From a virus: a stretch of DNA of 64,000 bases. The stretch covers positions 16,456-80,455 of IMG/VR virus record IMGVR_UViG_3300021364_001752. The stretch is one strand, 5' to 3'. The notes below the pieces were generated by a model. The model did not search any database. It saw only the letters and a list, made by a program, of their open reading frames with translations, and was not told the DNA's origin. Positions 38,500 through 48,406 of this stretch are shown here, in pieces. Every line of letters begins with the position of its first letter. The first letter of the stretch is position 1. The translations under genes were made by a program, and so were the position numbers.

Positions 38500-39180
38500 A
38501 TGGAATATCCTACTCAACAACTCCTCGAAATGTCATATGCTGCTTATCGTATTAACAAGGGCTATGTAAAACAAACACGCCGTTACAGCGAAGGCCAGCC
38601 CACAACATTCAGCAACAAAGAAATGATTACATACACCGCACATGGTGAATGGAAGCCAGAAGACTTTGTCCCAATTGAGATTACTGACGAAGATCGTGAA
38701 GCAAAGGTTAAAGGCGACAAGCATATGCGCCGTTATACTCTTTTGGCAATGGGCGATTTGCCGCAGTTTGAATCAGATCTTTTTGCTGCTTACAGCAGTG
38801 ATAAAATGCCAATTGGTCGTGTTGGCTTAATTGCATATTTACCTGCATTTGTTGACCGTGAACTACAGGATAAAATCTATAAGCAGCGTCTTAAGACTGA
38901 ATTTAGTGATAGTCAATATCTCAATGACAATATCACCGAGGCAACCGATGTTGAAATATTGAAAGTCATTCCACTTAACAATGACTGGATGTCGGAACCT
39001 GCTTACATGCACTTTGGTGCAATTGGCAAAGATTTGGTTTGCTTTACAAAGAAAGAAATGTTTGCAGTTGGAGAGACATATGACCTTATTGGTCGTATCA
39101 AAGGGGTGGACACAGAACGTGACAGCGGATTGCCGCTAACACGTCTTAACTATGTTAAAATTCGTAAACAAGAGGTATGA
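38500..39180 (+). CDS. Conserved phage hypothetical protein
   Basis: AYRINKGYVK, C-terminal TRLNYVK; upstream TTGACA promoter. Confidence 0.65.
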   Translation: MEYPTQQLLEMSYAAYRINKGYVKQTRRYSEGQPTTFSNKEMITYTAHGEWKPEDFVPIEITDEDREAKVKGDKHMRRYTLLAMGDLPQFESDLFAAYSSDKMPIGRVGLIAYLPAFVDRELQDKIYKQRLKTEFSDSQYLNDNITEATDVEILKVIPLNNDWMSEPAYMHFGAIGKDLVCFTKKEMFAVGETYDLIGRIKGVDTERDSGLPLTRLNYVKIRKQEV

Positions 39181-39181
39181 T

Positions 39182-39424
39182 ATGAATCGAGTTACAAAAA
39201 AGTTTCTAAACAAAATATGGCCGCCGTTTGCAGTAATGGCGTATGTGTTTGTAGTTTTCTATGTCGCAACAATGGCAAAGGATCCGCTAACCATGGCATT
39301 GATCATAGGAAGTTGTTTGGCTGTTCCTATATTGTATGTTTTCTTTAGAGATTCATACAAAGATGCTAAATGGGAAGTAGAACAAGAAAACCAAATAATG
39401 TTGAGTAAAATTAAAGGTGAATAA
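39182..39424 (+). CDS. Two-TM membrane protein
   Basis: GAGG RBS, two hydrophobic segments. Confidence 0.6.
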   Translation: MNRVTKKFLNKIWPPFAVMAYVFVVFYVATMAKDPLTMALIIGSCLAVPILYVFFRDSYKDAKWEVEQENQIMLSKIKGE

Positions 39425-39600
39425 TGTTCAACTACTATAATGTATGGTTAGTTGATGCAAATGGCAAAAAAATCAAACACATTGATACTGTCAAATGTAT
39501 TAGCAAAAGCACAGCAGAACAACGCTGTTTCATGGCATATGGTTCAGCAAGTAAATACACTGGCTGGGGCCGAGATAATTTTGTAGCGGAGGTAGCATGA
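39424..39600 (+). CDS. Hypothetical protein (58 aa; not in ORF track)
   Basis: MFNYYNVWLVDANG..; TAATG and ATGA coupling. Confidence 0.55.
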   Translation: MFNYYNVWLVDANGKKIKHIDTVKCISKSTAEQRCFMAYGSASKYTGWGRDNFVAEVA

Positions 39601-39818
39601 TTACAGATATTATTACAGATCCATTAACCTATTGGTTTTTGCTAACAGCAGTTATTTTTACTCTGCTCGGACGTTGGATGGCATACCATGACATTATCCA
39701 TAATGCCGTAGAAGCAACACTTGACAGTCTTATCAAACAAGGTTATATTAAAACCAAAGGTGTTGGTGAAGATATGGAAATTCTTAAAGTTTCGGAGTGG
39801 TGCAGCAAAGATGATTAA
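39597..39818 (+). CDS. Small membrane protein
   Basis: Single TM, GGAGG RBS. Confidence 0.6.
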   Translation: MITDIITDPLTYWFLLTAVIFTLLGRWMAYHDIIHNAVEATLDSLIKQGYIKTKGVGEDMEILKVSEWCSKDD

Positions 39819-40431
39819 ACTACAGGGCAAACTGCCTAGACGGGTTTATCTTGCATGTAGCGGTGGAGTAGATTCAATGGCAGCATTGGATTTTCTTCGC
39901 CGTAATCATGACATCCATGTGTTACATTTTAATCATGGAACAGCACACGGTGAAAAAGCACAAGCGTTTATGGAACGCTATTGCACCGAAAAGCAAATTC
40001 CTCTTACCATCGGAGAAGTCAGTGGCACTATTCCTCCTGGCCCAATCAGTAGAGAAGCATGGTGGCGTGAACAGCGTTATGCTTTTCTTGACAAGTTTTT
40101 TACTGTTCCTGTTATTACCTGTCATCATTTAGACGATTGTGTTGAAACTTGGGTAATGAGCAGTATGCACGGAACAGGTAAATGGATTCCGTATCGTAGA
40201 CGTCATGTAATTCGTCCCTTCCGTCTTACTCGTAAGAGAGATCTTACTTTATGGTGTGAACTAAATAATGTGCCATGGATTGAAGACGGAACAAACGAAG
40301 ATATTCATTATACCCGTAATTATGTGCGGCATGAGATGATGCCACATGTATTGCAAGTAAATCCAGGCATCCATAAAACGATTGCAAAAAAGGTTAAAAA
40401 AGATGTCGAAGGCATCGAAAGAACAGAGTAA
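39811..40431 (+). CDS. tilS: tRNA(Ile)-lysidine synthase-like, catalytic domain only
   Basis: ACSGGVDSM PP-loop, HFNHG, R..RY, HHLDDCVET, IRP, WIED.TN, RNYVR. Confidence 0.88.
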   Translation: MIKLQGKLPRRVYLACSGGVDSMAALDFLRRNHDIHVLHFNHGTAHGEKAQAFMERYCTEKQIPLTIGEVSGTIPPGPISREAWWREQRYAFLDKFFTVPVITCHHLDDCVETWVMSSMHGTGKWIPYRRRHVIRPFRLTRKRDLTLWCELNNVPWIEDGTNEDIHYTRNYVRHEMMPHVLQVNPGIHKTIAKKVKKDVEGIERTE

Positions 40432-40546
40432 AAAGTTGTTGAAGGAATGGAAGCAGCATCTAGCACAAACAAGGCTCACACCTCAACAACAAAATAAAAG
40501 GGCACGTGAGTTTACAAGGAAAGGAATGCGACCTAATGAGTCATGA
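40403..40546 (+). CDS. Small basic protein (47 aa; not in ORF track)
   Basis: MSKASKEQSKKLLKEWKQHL..; fills gap. Confidence 0.45.
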   Translation: MSKASKEQSKKLLKEWKQHLAQTRLTPQQQNKRAREFTRKGMRPNES

Positions 40547-40739
40547 TTATCTAGGGTTAGAAGATAGTTTAGAAGAAGATGATTACGGATTCATCTTGGA
40601 TAAAGAAGGCAATCTCAAAGGCATGTGGATACCACAAAGCCAAGAAGATGAACCTGTGCCAGAAGCCATAGTTGCCTTGTTAAAAGCTCACTGGGGAGTT
40701 GACTTAACAGATCCTACGGAATATGGAACAATCCATTGA
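40536..40739 (+). CDS. Hypothetical acidic protein
   Basis: MSHDYLGLED.. Confidence 0.55.
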   Translation: MSHDYLGLEDSLEEDDYGFILDKEGNLKGMWIPQSQEDEPVPEAIVALLKAHWGVDLTDPTEYGTIH

Positions 40740-40848
40740 AACTGTATTGGGTGTTCCTTTTCTGTATTTCTGTAGCATTTGGAGTTGCTGTTTATTTTTG
40801 GTTATGGCAATTCCTACTTTTAGCCTATCTTAATATTGGATTAAAATC

Positions 40849-41079
40849 ATGACACCACAAGAGATATTTGAATACAAACAACGTTGGAAACCAGGTCATA
40901 CTGTAAGACTTCACAGCGATGTAGTTGACTTGGGCAAGACATGGTGTAAACGGCAATGTGAAAAACACGAATGGAGTTGCACCACATGGACTGGCCCTTA
41001 CGAACATACATTCCATTTTGAAAATATTTTAGCAGCACAAAATTTTGCAATGGAAATGGGAAGGTATGCAAATCAATGA
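40849..41079 (+). CDS. Hypothetical protein
   Basis: ORF in operon. Confidence 0.6.
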   Translation: MTPQEIFEYKQRWKPGHTVRLHSDVVDLGKTWCKRQCEKHEWSCTTWTGPYEHTFHFENILAAQNFAMEMGRYANQ

Positions 41080-41546
41080 AAATACATATTCCAAGTTACG
41101 ACGAAAGAGATGATATAGGCACAGAAATTATAATCCATTCTTGGGATACCTGGAATATGGATCATACCTTAGCTTTGATTATTCTGCCTATGCTGAAGCA
41201 ACTGAAAAAAACAAAGCATGGGTCGCCAAATGTGAAGGACGAAGATGTGCCTAAAGAATTACAGTCAACCAATGCTGCGCCTAAAGAGAACACTTGGGAT
41301 ATTGACGAGTTATGGCACCAAAGGTGGGACTATGTTCTTGATGAAATGATTTGGACTTTTGAACAAATGCACATAGAACAAGGTTGGGAAGACCAATATT
41401 ATGGACCATATATCAAGGGGCCAGAAGGCGGCGTCAAAGATGGACATTTTGAATGGATAGATGACAAAGGTTTGAAAGCACACCAAAAACGTATGGATAA
41501 TGGATTTCTGTTGTTTGGAAAATATTATCAAAACCTTTGGGATTAA
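41076..41546 (+). CDS. Conserved phage hypothetical protein
   Basis: WDTWNMDHTLA..IILPMLKQLK..KHGSP, LFGKYYQNLWD. Confidence 0.75.
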   Translation: MKIHIPSYDERDDIGTEIIIHSWDTWNMDHTLALIILPMLKQLKKTKHGSPNVKDEDVPKELQSTNAAPKENTWDIDELWHQRWDYVLDEMIWTFEQMHIEQGWEDQYYGPYIKGPEGGVKDGHFEWIDDKGLKAHQKRMDNGFLLFGKYYQNLWD

Positions 41547-41601
41547 CTTATTGACATTAATAGTATTTTATATTATAATGAACAAATAGTTTGGAGATAA
41601 A

Positions 41602-41880
41602 ATGACTGAATTACTAACTAGAACTGAAGCAGTTGGAAGGCTTATAGAGCTTGCCAGAGAAATGGAAATAAAAACCTTTGATGTAGTTCCAAGCGAAATC
41701 AATATTGATCATGCATATGAAATGTGTGCAAATAACGTGCTTACACAACTATATGCAGTTCCTGAAGACCATAAAGAAACTGTTTCGCTGGCAACTATTA
41801 CTAAACTGCTGGTAGAAAACATGATGTTACATATTAAATTAAACGAGGTAAAAAATGTATCTAATTCCAACAGTGATTGA
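41602..41880 (+). CDS. Hypothetical protein
   Basis: Consensus promoter TTGACA-17-TATAAT at 41551-41579. Confidence 0.65.
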   Translation: MTELLTRTEAVGRLIELAREMEIKTFDVVPSEINIDHAYEMCANNVLTQLYAVPEDHKETVSLATITKLLVENMMLHIKLNEVKNVSNSNSD

Positions 41881-42472
41881 AAAAACAAGTAAAGGCGAAC
41901 GTGCTTACGATATCTACAGTCGCTTGCTTAAAGATCGTATTGTAATGCTGAATGGTCCTGTAGAGGACGGAATGGCAAACAGTATTGTATCGCAATTGCT
42001 TTTCTTAGAAGCAGAAAATCCTGACAAAGAAATTAATTTGTATATTAACTCTCCAGGTGGCGCTGTAACTGCTGGACTTAGTATCTATGACACCATGCAA
42101 TTTATCAAGTGTGATGTTAGAACAATTGTTTTAGGTCAAGCAGCAAGCATGGGTAGCTTCTTAGCACAAGCAGGCACAAAAGGTAAACGAGTAGTGCTAC
42201 CAGAAAGCCGCACAATGATTCATAGAGTATCAAGTGGAACACGAGGCACCAGTGGTAGTGTCCATGTTCAAGAACTTGAGTTTGAAGATGCTCGTAGACA
42301 CTTTGAAGAAAGTAAACGCCTTAATCAACGTTTGACTGAACTTTATGTAAAACACAATTCAGTAGGCAAATCTTATGAAGAACTTTTTGAAACTATGAAG
42401 TTTGACACATTCTTGAGTGCTGAGGAGGCAGTGGAAAATGGATTCGCAGACAGAGTCATCGAAAGTCGCTGA
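41855..42472 (+). CDS. clpP: ClpP protease proteolytic subunit
   Basis: [31 protein letters not shown]. Confidence 0.96.
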   Translation: MYLIPTVIEKTSKGERAYDIYSRLLKDRIVMLNGPVEDGMANSIVSQLLFLEAENPDKEINLYINSPGGAVTAGLSIYDTMQFIKCDVRTIVLGQAASMGSFLAQAGTKGKRVVLPESRTMIHRVSSGTRGTSGSVHVQELEFEDARRHFEESKRLNQRLTELYVKHNSVGKSYEELFETMKFDTFLSAEEAVENGFADRVIESR

Positions 42473-42797
42473 AACAGTAGCAGCTCTTAAAGGCATACCC
42501 ACAAGAGAAGAGCTGCTAAAGTTACTCAGTGAAGAAATTTGTTATGTAACATTTAAAAAACTAAGTGGCGATGAACGTAAGATGCGCTGCACTTTGATTC
42601 CGAGTATGTTGCCGCCGGCTCAGCGTGATGACAAATTAAGTCAAACAAAAATACGCAACCTGGAAGACAAAGTTTTTGTTGTATGGGCAATTGACATTGA
42701 TCCTAGTGCATGGCGCAGTTTCAGATATGATAGAGTTACTGATGTAGAGGTTGATAAGTATTATGGTAATGGACATGAAGATGGAGCAAACTATTGA
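42438..42797 (+). CDS. WYL_2/SH3-like beta-barrel protein
   Basis: [24 protein letters not shown]. Confidence 0.8.
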   Translation: MDSQTESSKVAETVAALKGIPTREELLKLLSEEICYVTFKKLSGDERKMRCTLIPSMLPPAQRDDKLSQTKIRNLEDKVFVVWAIDIDPSAWRSFRYDRVTDVEVDKYYGNGHEDGANY

Positions 42798-43333
42798 TAC
42801 TTGAAACAAAACTTAACTATGATTTATCTGTATTTCTATCAGCTGATTACGAGCAACACAAAGGTAGCTGTATCAGCTATCAGGTTCGTGAGCAGGAAGA
42901 CATTCATAAAACATTTGGAGGTTTTCCGCCTAGTTACAGTGAAGAAAATACAAAGATACAGCAGTTATGGTTTGATGACGGTGATATAGATTATGCTGCT
43001 CTAGGCAAAGAGCTTGACATTGAAATTGTAACAGTGAGCAGCATATTACAGCCCCCTGGTAATACTATAACCATGCACAGGGATACATTTTTTAAGATTA
43101 ACAATATGTATCCAGATGACCAACGTAAAAAAGTTCGTGCAAACATTTATTTGGAAGATTGGGCACCAGGTCATTTTATAAACTATCAAGATTCTAACAA
43201 ACAATGGCAAACCAGCACACACTGGCATGCAGGTGATGGATTTATTTGGGATAGTGACCATTTGCATTTGAGTGCAAATGCAGGACTCACTCCAAAATAT
43301 ACATTACAAATTTCAGGTTTTTGGCAAAAATAG
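42794..43333 (+). CDS. Fe(II)/2OG oxygenase-like (Asp beta-hydroxylase-like) protein
   Basis: PG...MHRD..H.SANAG..KYTLQI. Confidence 0.7.
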   Translation: MILETKLNYDLSVFLSADYEQHKGSCISYQVREQEDIHKTFGGFPPSYSEENTKIQQLWFDDGDIDYAALGKELDIEIVTVSSILQPPGNTITMHRDTFFKINNMYPDDQRKKVRANIYLEDWAPGHFINYQDSNKQWQTSTHWHAGDGFIWDSDHLHLSANAGLTPKYTLQISGFWQK

Positions 43334-43395
43334 GTTGACCTTGCTGCATAAGTCGTATATGTTATTTGCATAGGCAATAACAAAAGGCTAAAGGA

Positions 43396-43983
43396 ATGGC
43401 AACTGTATTAACCGAGAACTGTCAAAAAGGTGATAACCTTATTTTTGACCAAATTATCAATTATGCTTACCAAGGCATTACAAAAGACACTTATAATGTT
43501 TTGAGACGTATGGTAGACGACGGTGTTTTGCAAATAGAAACACTGGTAGAACAAGCAATCAGCAAGGCAGGCCAATTAGAACGTGAAAGTATTGAAGGCC
43601 GTGACTTTGTAGACGGCTCAGATGCCAAAAAGGCTATCACAACCGAATGTGTAGAACCTAGTAAAAACACTTATAGACGTGTTGCACATATCAGTAATAT
43701 CAAAGGCAAACAAGGTATTTTGCGTATTGTTGTCAGCGAAACTGTAAACAATAAGCTTCATTATTTTGCTATTCCAAAATATGCATACGAAGGACTACAA
43801 AGTATCCGTATCTATTTTAATTGGGATGGAACCCCTAAGCTAGGTGGTAAATGGTTTGTTTACCGCTGCAAATCTTTTGAACAGATGGCAAATATAAAAG
43901 ATGAAGATATCAATCAATTAATGGTTGACAATAACCCTATGTTGCGCTATATTATAAATACAGGCACAAACTTGGAAGGCTAA
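43396..43983 (+). CDS. Hypothetical protein, possible nuclease
   Basis: E..GRDFVDGSDAK (D..D.K-like); own promoter. Confidence 0.45.
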   Translation: MATVLTENCQKGDNLIFDQIINYAYQGITKDTYNVLRRMVDDGVLQIETLVEQAISKAGQLERESIEGRDFVDGSDAKKAITTECVEPSKNTYRRVAHISNIKGKQGILRIVVSETVNNKLHYFAIPKYAYEGLQSIRIYFNWDGTPKLGGKWFVYRCKSFEQMANIKDEDINQLMVDNNPMLRYIINTGTNLEG

Positions 43984-43987
43984 AACT

Positions 43988-44497
43988 ATGAAAAACATTA
44001 TTGCAGGTGCAATCATCTCATCATCTGTCTTTGCAACCACTGCAATGGCAGAAACCGTTACGGCTACTGTAACATACGTAGAACCTCGTTATGAAACTAT
44101 CTATCAAAATGTTCCATCAACGCACTGTCAAAATGTGCAAGTTCCGATTTATGGAACTGTGCAAGGCGGCGGAGCAACCGGTGGCGATGTATTAGGTGGA
44201 ATGATTATCGGCGGTTTGCTTGGTAAAGGTGTAACTGGCAAAGACAACGGTGCAGCAGCTGGTGCTGTTATTGGCGGTATCATTGCTGCTGATCAAGGTA
44301 ACCGTAGTCAGCAAGTTATTACAGGCTACAGAAATGAACGTCAGTGCAGCGAAGTTATTAATCGTGAACAAGTGCGTCAGCTAAAAAACTATTACATTGA
44401 GTTTGATTGGAACGGTGTTGAAGGAAGTGCATACACTTACAATAATTACCGTATCGGCGATCAACTTTATGCAACAGTTTCTATTGTGGCACAATGA
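43988..44497 (+). CDS. Glycine-zipper 2TM secreted protein (YcfJ-like)
   Basis: Signal peptide, GMIIGGLLG..GAAAGAVIGG. Confidence 0.8.
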   Translation: MKNIIAGAIISSSVFATTAMAETVTATVTYVEPRYETIYQNVPSTHCQNVQVPIYGTVQGGGATGGDVLGGMIIGGLLGKGVTGKDNGAAAGAVIGGIIAADQGNRSQQVITGYRNERQCSEVINREQVRQLKNYYIEFDWNGVEGSAYTYNNYRIGDQLYATVSIVAQ

Positions 44498-44640
44498 ACG
44501 ATAACCGTGAAATTCTAGCCTTCCTACAAGAAATTTTAGCAAGGCTAGAAAAGATTGAACAGCAGTTGAAATCCCCTAAAGCTGCCAATGTAAATCGTTT
44601 GGCTCCAAAATTACGATTGATTACAGACGAAGACGAATAA
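44494..44640 (+). CDS. Small coiled-coil protein (48 aa; not in ORF track)
   Basis: MNDNREILAFLQEILARLEKIEQQL; ATGA overlap. Confidence 0.5.
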   Translation: MNDNREILAFLQEILARLEKIEQQLKSPKAANVNRLAPKLRLITDEDE

Positions 44641-44647
44641 CTATAAT

Positions 44648-44908
44648 ATGGACATCAAAGATATTATACCTGGCAACAGTTATGGTTGCAAATTTAGAAT
44701 AACAACAATGCTCAATGAGCTAGGTCATCCTGTAGCAGAAGATGAGAAACTTGCTATCAAAGGACCAGGACGTTATGAAGCGTTTGGTATTTTAGTAAGA
44801 CGTGATTCAACAAATCAACTTGTAGAAGTCTATGACGATGATATAAAACGTAATTTTGTTGTGCATTGGGATGACATTTGGGACGTAGATGATATAGAAT
44901 GGATATAG
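44648..44908 (+). CDS. Hypothetical protein
   Basis: ORF. Confidence 0.6.
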   Translation: MDIKDIIPGNSYGCKFRITTMLNELGHPVAEDEKLAIKGPGRYEAFGILVRRDSTNQLVEVYDDDIKRNFVVHWDDIWDVDDIEWI

Positions 44909-45576
44909 AAAAATTACTGTATCTACCAATTGAAATTGAAAAACCGCCTACAGATTTTCTGGATCATCTGAATAATTTAAAATTAGAAAAGTTATACGAC
45001 GATGAATACAGGCAATGTTATCATGTGCCTATCATGTATGACTTTAAGCCTGGCAACTTTACTTGGACACCTTATGCCTTGCCTTATCCTTCATTGAGAG
45101 AATGGGCAGAAGATGTTTTACTACCTGCATTTGGAAAAAGTCGTATTATGATTATAACAACTCCGGCAGGTATAACAAATCCTCCACACATTGATTGTGA
45201 TAGGAAAAAATTTCACACTACATTACAACACAAGTTTAGATATGTGTTGCAAGGCAATATAGATGATTTGTATTTTATGTCCGACAAAGGCGATGTTAGA
45301 GCACCTCACGGTCCAGACAAGCCATTTATTATGAGTGGCAAATGGCCTCACTATATGACCAATACCAGCAGCGATACAAAATTCACATTGGCGCTTGGAG
45401 CACCTTGGGATGGTAGTATAGACGATAAAGCATATGTTGATTTGCTAACAAACAGTCATAAGGTGAATAAAAAATATTACCTAGAAGCAGATTTTGATTT
45501 ACCAAATGACTATGATAACCTGTTTGAAGAATCTTATGATTTTAGAGAACGTGCAAAAAAGTTTATCAAACACTGA
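44899..45576 (+). CDS. Cupin / Fe(II)-oxygenase-like protein
   Basis: PPHID..WPHYMTN..KFTL. Confidence 0.6.
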   Translation: MDIEKLLYLPIEIEKPPTDFLDHLNNLKLEKLYDDEYRQCYHVPIMYDFKPGNFTWTPYALPYPSLREWAEDVLLPAFGKSRIMIITTPAGITNPPHIDCDRKKFHTTLQHKFRYVLQGNIDDLYFMSDKGDVRAPHGPDKPFIMSGKWPHYMTNTSSDTKFTLALGAPWDGSIDDKAYVDLLTNSHKVNKKYYLEADFDLPNDYDNLFEESYDFRERAKKFIKH

Positions 45577-46387
45577 GAAGGTTAGATAAGCACATACGAT
45601 TGATAATCGTTCTTTCAAATTTATCCCATTTAGCGTCATTACTGGTTCCAAATATCACAGTATTGGTAGTATCAATGTTGTGTTCATTGCAAATTTCTAC
45701 ACTGCGTGATTTGTATTTGTCAACGATGTAATTAGAACTAAATTCTCTCATTAGATATTGATGTATCAAAGAACCTAATTGATTATTGTATGCCCAAAGA
45801 TTTTGATGTAACAAAGGTGTGTTGTATTTTTCTCTAGTATATAAAAAGCCAGTCCTATAGGAGCCTGTATTAAATGCTTTGCTAAAACTAAAAGCGCAGT
45901 GAGTTACACATTTAGGAATACTCAATTCTAAATCGTATGCAACACCAAATAGGCACAAGTCAAGAAACACACTTATGTTCAAGGACTCGCATACATTGAT
46001 TATGTTTTGCCAGTCTGGATGCACTGTGCCTGTTGCGCTGAATGGAAAGCTGATAATCAATGCACTGTTTGGCTCTATCTCTCCAATGCGACTTATTTGT
46101 TTTATGCCTATGTCTCTATGATAATTGTATTCTCCTTCGAGAACAAATATATTTTTATGCAAGAAATAAAAATCGTTAAAAGCATCTGTGACGCCGTGCG
46201 TAACATTACAATATTCAAAATCCAAGTCTATTTTAAAATTTTTAGATTTTGCTATCCATTGCCTGTGTTGTTTTACAATGGTATCTGGTAACACAAGTTT
46301 GTTATAGTTTCTAGCAAAATCAAAATTTAGTATTGCATCATCTACATCATTGTCTTTGATAGCAAATGCTTTACGAACTAGAGCCAT
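45566..46387 (-). CDS. PLP-dependent aminotransferase-fold protein
   Basis: GVTDAF, ISFPFS.TG, VFLD, FSFSKAF..R.G. Confidence 0.75.
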   Translation of the reverse strand: MALVRKAFAIKDNDVDDAILNFDFARNYNKLVLPDTIVKQHRQWIAKSKNFKIDLDFEYCNVTHGVTDAFNDFYFLHKNIFVLEGEYNYHRDIGIKQISRIGEIEPNSALIISFPFSATGTVHPDWQNIINVCESLNISVFLDLCLFGVAYDLELSIPKCVTHCAFSFSKAFNTGSYRTGFLYTREKYNTPLLHQNLWAYNNQLGSLIHQYLMREFSSNYIVDKYKSRSVEICNEHNIDTTNTVIFGTSNDAKWDKFERTIINRMCLSNLLSV

Positions 46388-47096
46388 TGTTCTTTACCAC
46401 GTTTTGTGAAAACACATTGTAAAATCCTGTAAGTGTCACTCTCATATTTTGTCCTGCGTCTGGATCTACTCTAGTGATACCATGCACAGTGCCGCCATTT
46501 ATAAGCACAAGTCTATTTGGTTTAGGACTTACAAATGTTCCTAACCCATGTTGTATTAAATTTTTATTCTTTTCTTTTTGTTCAAATAATTCTAAACTGA
46601 CTAAATCTTTATAAGAATCATATTGCACAGTCCCAGGTAGCAATGGCATTTTTTGTTTAAAATTGACACTGCCTTTTGGTAATACCAATAGTGTGCTATC
46701 CCAGTTGATTTCCCATTCCTTATGAAGATAGTAGGTATATGTTGTAGCACCTAAATCCATATGCCACGGGTTCTTAGAACCTACAGGATAGGCATGGCAC
46801 CGCATGGCTATGTCTGTGTATTTTTTTACATATGGCTGTGCTGCTTCACACTTGCTGCTAAATTCGTGTATCGCTTGAAACCAAAGATCAAAATTATCAT
46901 TGTATGGTGCCTGTTTAAGAAAACGTTTGATACCTTTGTAATTAGGACCATCTGTGATGTGCCAATATCTATCATCTGTTTCGGTTTGTGTCCATGCATC
47001 TACCTGAGCTTGGTTGAGTATTTTATCCCATGTGGTTTCGTCAAGAAAGTCATCAACAACCAACAGCTCTGGTGTTTGCATTACAATATTATACAT
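46371..47096 (-). CDS. 2OG-Fe(II) oxygenase (prolyl-hydroxylase-like)
   Basis: VVDDFL, WHMD, YYLH, PKPNRLV..H, RVTLTGF. Confidence 0.85.
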   Translation of the reverse strand: MYNIVMQTPELLVVDDFLDETTWDKILNQAQVDAWTQTETDDRYWHITDGPNYKGIKRFLKQAPYNDNFDLWFQAIHEFSSKCEAAQPYVKKYTDIAMRCHAYPVGSKNPWHMDLGATTYTYYLHKEWEINWDSTLLVLPKGSVNFKQKMPLLPGTVQYDSYKDLVSLELFEQKEKNKNLIQHGLGTFVSPKPNRLVLINGGTVHGITRVDPDAGQNMRVTLTGFYNVFSQNVVKNNGSSS

Positions 47097-48087
47097 AACT
47101 CTCGCAAGTTCCTTCTCTTGTCAAATCAAGTGTTACACAGTGCAAGCCTCCGTCCCAGAAAAATTTATGTCTAAAATCAAAAGGCACCATTTCTACACCA
47201 TAGCGTTTTAATTGTGCAGCAATGTCTTTGTCGTATCCATTGGTGACAACAAGTTCTGGTGAAACACTGACTATATTTACATCAAATATTGTTTCGTCTA
47301 CATGCCCTATCCAACTGTCTAACCAACGTGCTACATTTTTTGCTTTGATAGGTTGTATTTTACTTTGCCAAAATTGCTCTGGCACAGGTTGCTTGGGCAC
47401 CTGTATGTAATCCCATGACTTTAATTCTTCTGGAATCATGTCAGGTGTCCAACACATCAACAAGCCCGGTTTGATTAGTGCTAACTTTCCATCTGCATGT
47501 CCGCTTTCGTGCAAACCAATCCATTTAGCATCTATGGTGTCTTGCACCCATTTTAAACCGGCCTGTGTGCCTCTGCCAAATTGCCTAGTAAGCGGATAGG
47601 TGTTGTCGTTGTATGGCGCTGTGTAAAGCAGTGTGTCGCCGCATTTGAGTATGTTAGCAGCATGATATAAAGGGATATCTTCTTGTGTCTTATATGGCAT
47701 ATAAATTCTGCCTAATGCTGGTGTTGGCATTTCGCTATATTGTCTGTCTAACCCAAGCATTATATCGTTATAATGTTCACGCTCATAAAATCTATTTGGA
47801 TCGCCCCCAATGGTAGCAACAACTTGATCTCCATAAACTATGTGCATGTCCCTTGGACACACAGCAGGATAACGAAAATCTCCTTTGTATTCGCAAGTAG
47901 GTCTATGCACCTTGACACCGTAACTGGCAAATAGTTCTGCTAGGTCATGAAAATCTTCCTCTGACTCTTCGAGTATACGTTGTAAACCGTTACGGAATTC
48001 TACATCTTCAATGTGTGATATATCATGTGGATCATATACACGACCAACTATGATTTCTTTTAGGGGATCCCATTCTGTCCAAATCAT
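47089..48087 (-). CDS. Amidinotransferase (glycine/inosamine-phosphate type)
   Basis: EWDPLKEIIVG, CPRD, GHADG, GGLHCVTLD; TAAATA-N5-ATG. Confidence 0.9.
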   Translation of the reverse strand: MIWTEWDPLKEIIVGRVYDPHDISHIEDVEFRNGLQRILEESEEDFHDLAELFASYGVKVHRPTCEYKGDFRYPAVCPRDMHIVYGDQVVATIGGDPNRFYEREHYNDIMLGLDRQYSEMPTPALGRIYMPYKTQEDIPLYHAANILKCGDTLLYTAPYNDNTYPLTRQFGRGTQAGLKWVQDTIDAKWIGLHESGHADGKLALIKPGLLMCWTPDMIPEELKSWDYIQVPKQPVPEQFWQSKIQPIKAKNVARWLDSWIGHVDETIFDVNIVSVSPELVVTNGYDKDIAAQLKRYGVEMVPFDFRHKFFWDGGLHCVTLDLTREGTCESYV

Positions 48088-48119
48088 AAAAATATTTACA
48101 AAAAAATTCAATTTGATGG

Positions 48120-48148
48120 TTGACTTCTGATAAGTAATACACTATATT
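48120..48148 (+). promoter_or_regulatory. sigma70-like promoter of the tRNA cluster
   Basis: TTGACT-17-TATATT. Confidence 0.65.
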
Positions 48149-48201
48149 AAACAAATAAGCGCAACGCTTATTCGTTCTTTGACATTGTGGTTAGGTAATT
48201 A

Positions 48202-48291
48202 GGAAACGTGGCTGAGTGGTCGAAAGCGGCACCCTGCTAAGGTGTTGAACGTGTAAGCGTTCCGAGGGTTCGAATCCCTCCGTTTCCGCCA
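48202..48291 (+). tRNA. tRNA-Ser(GCT)
   Basis: Cloverleaf, long V-arm, GTTCGAATC, encoded CCA. Confidence 0.95.
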
Positions 48292-48297
48292 GAGTTT

Positions 48298-48383
48298 GTG
48301 GGTGCGATACAGTTGGAGAGGTATGCTGGTCTCCAAAACCAGTGCATTAAGCTGAGTAGGTTCGAATCCTACCACCTACGCCA
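48298..48383 (+). tRNA. tRNA with anticodon CCA (Trp), atypical: 13-nt V region, G3.U70, C8
   Basis: GTGGGTG/CACCTAC stem, CTGGT-CTCCAAA-ACCAG, GTAGG-TTCGAAT-CCTAC, GCCA. Confidence 0.85.
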
Positions 48384-48406
48384 AAACCCGGTAGAGCAAT
48401 GCCCTT

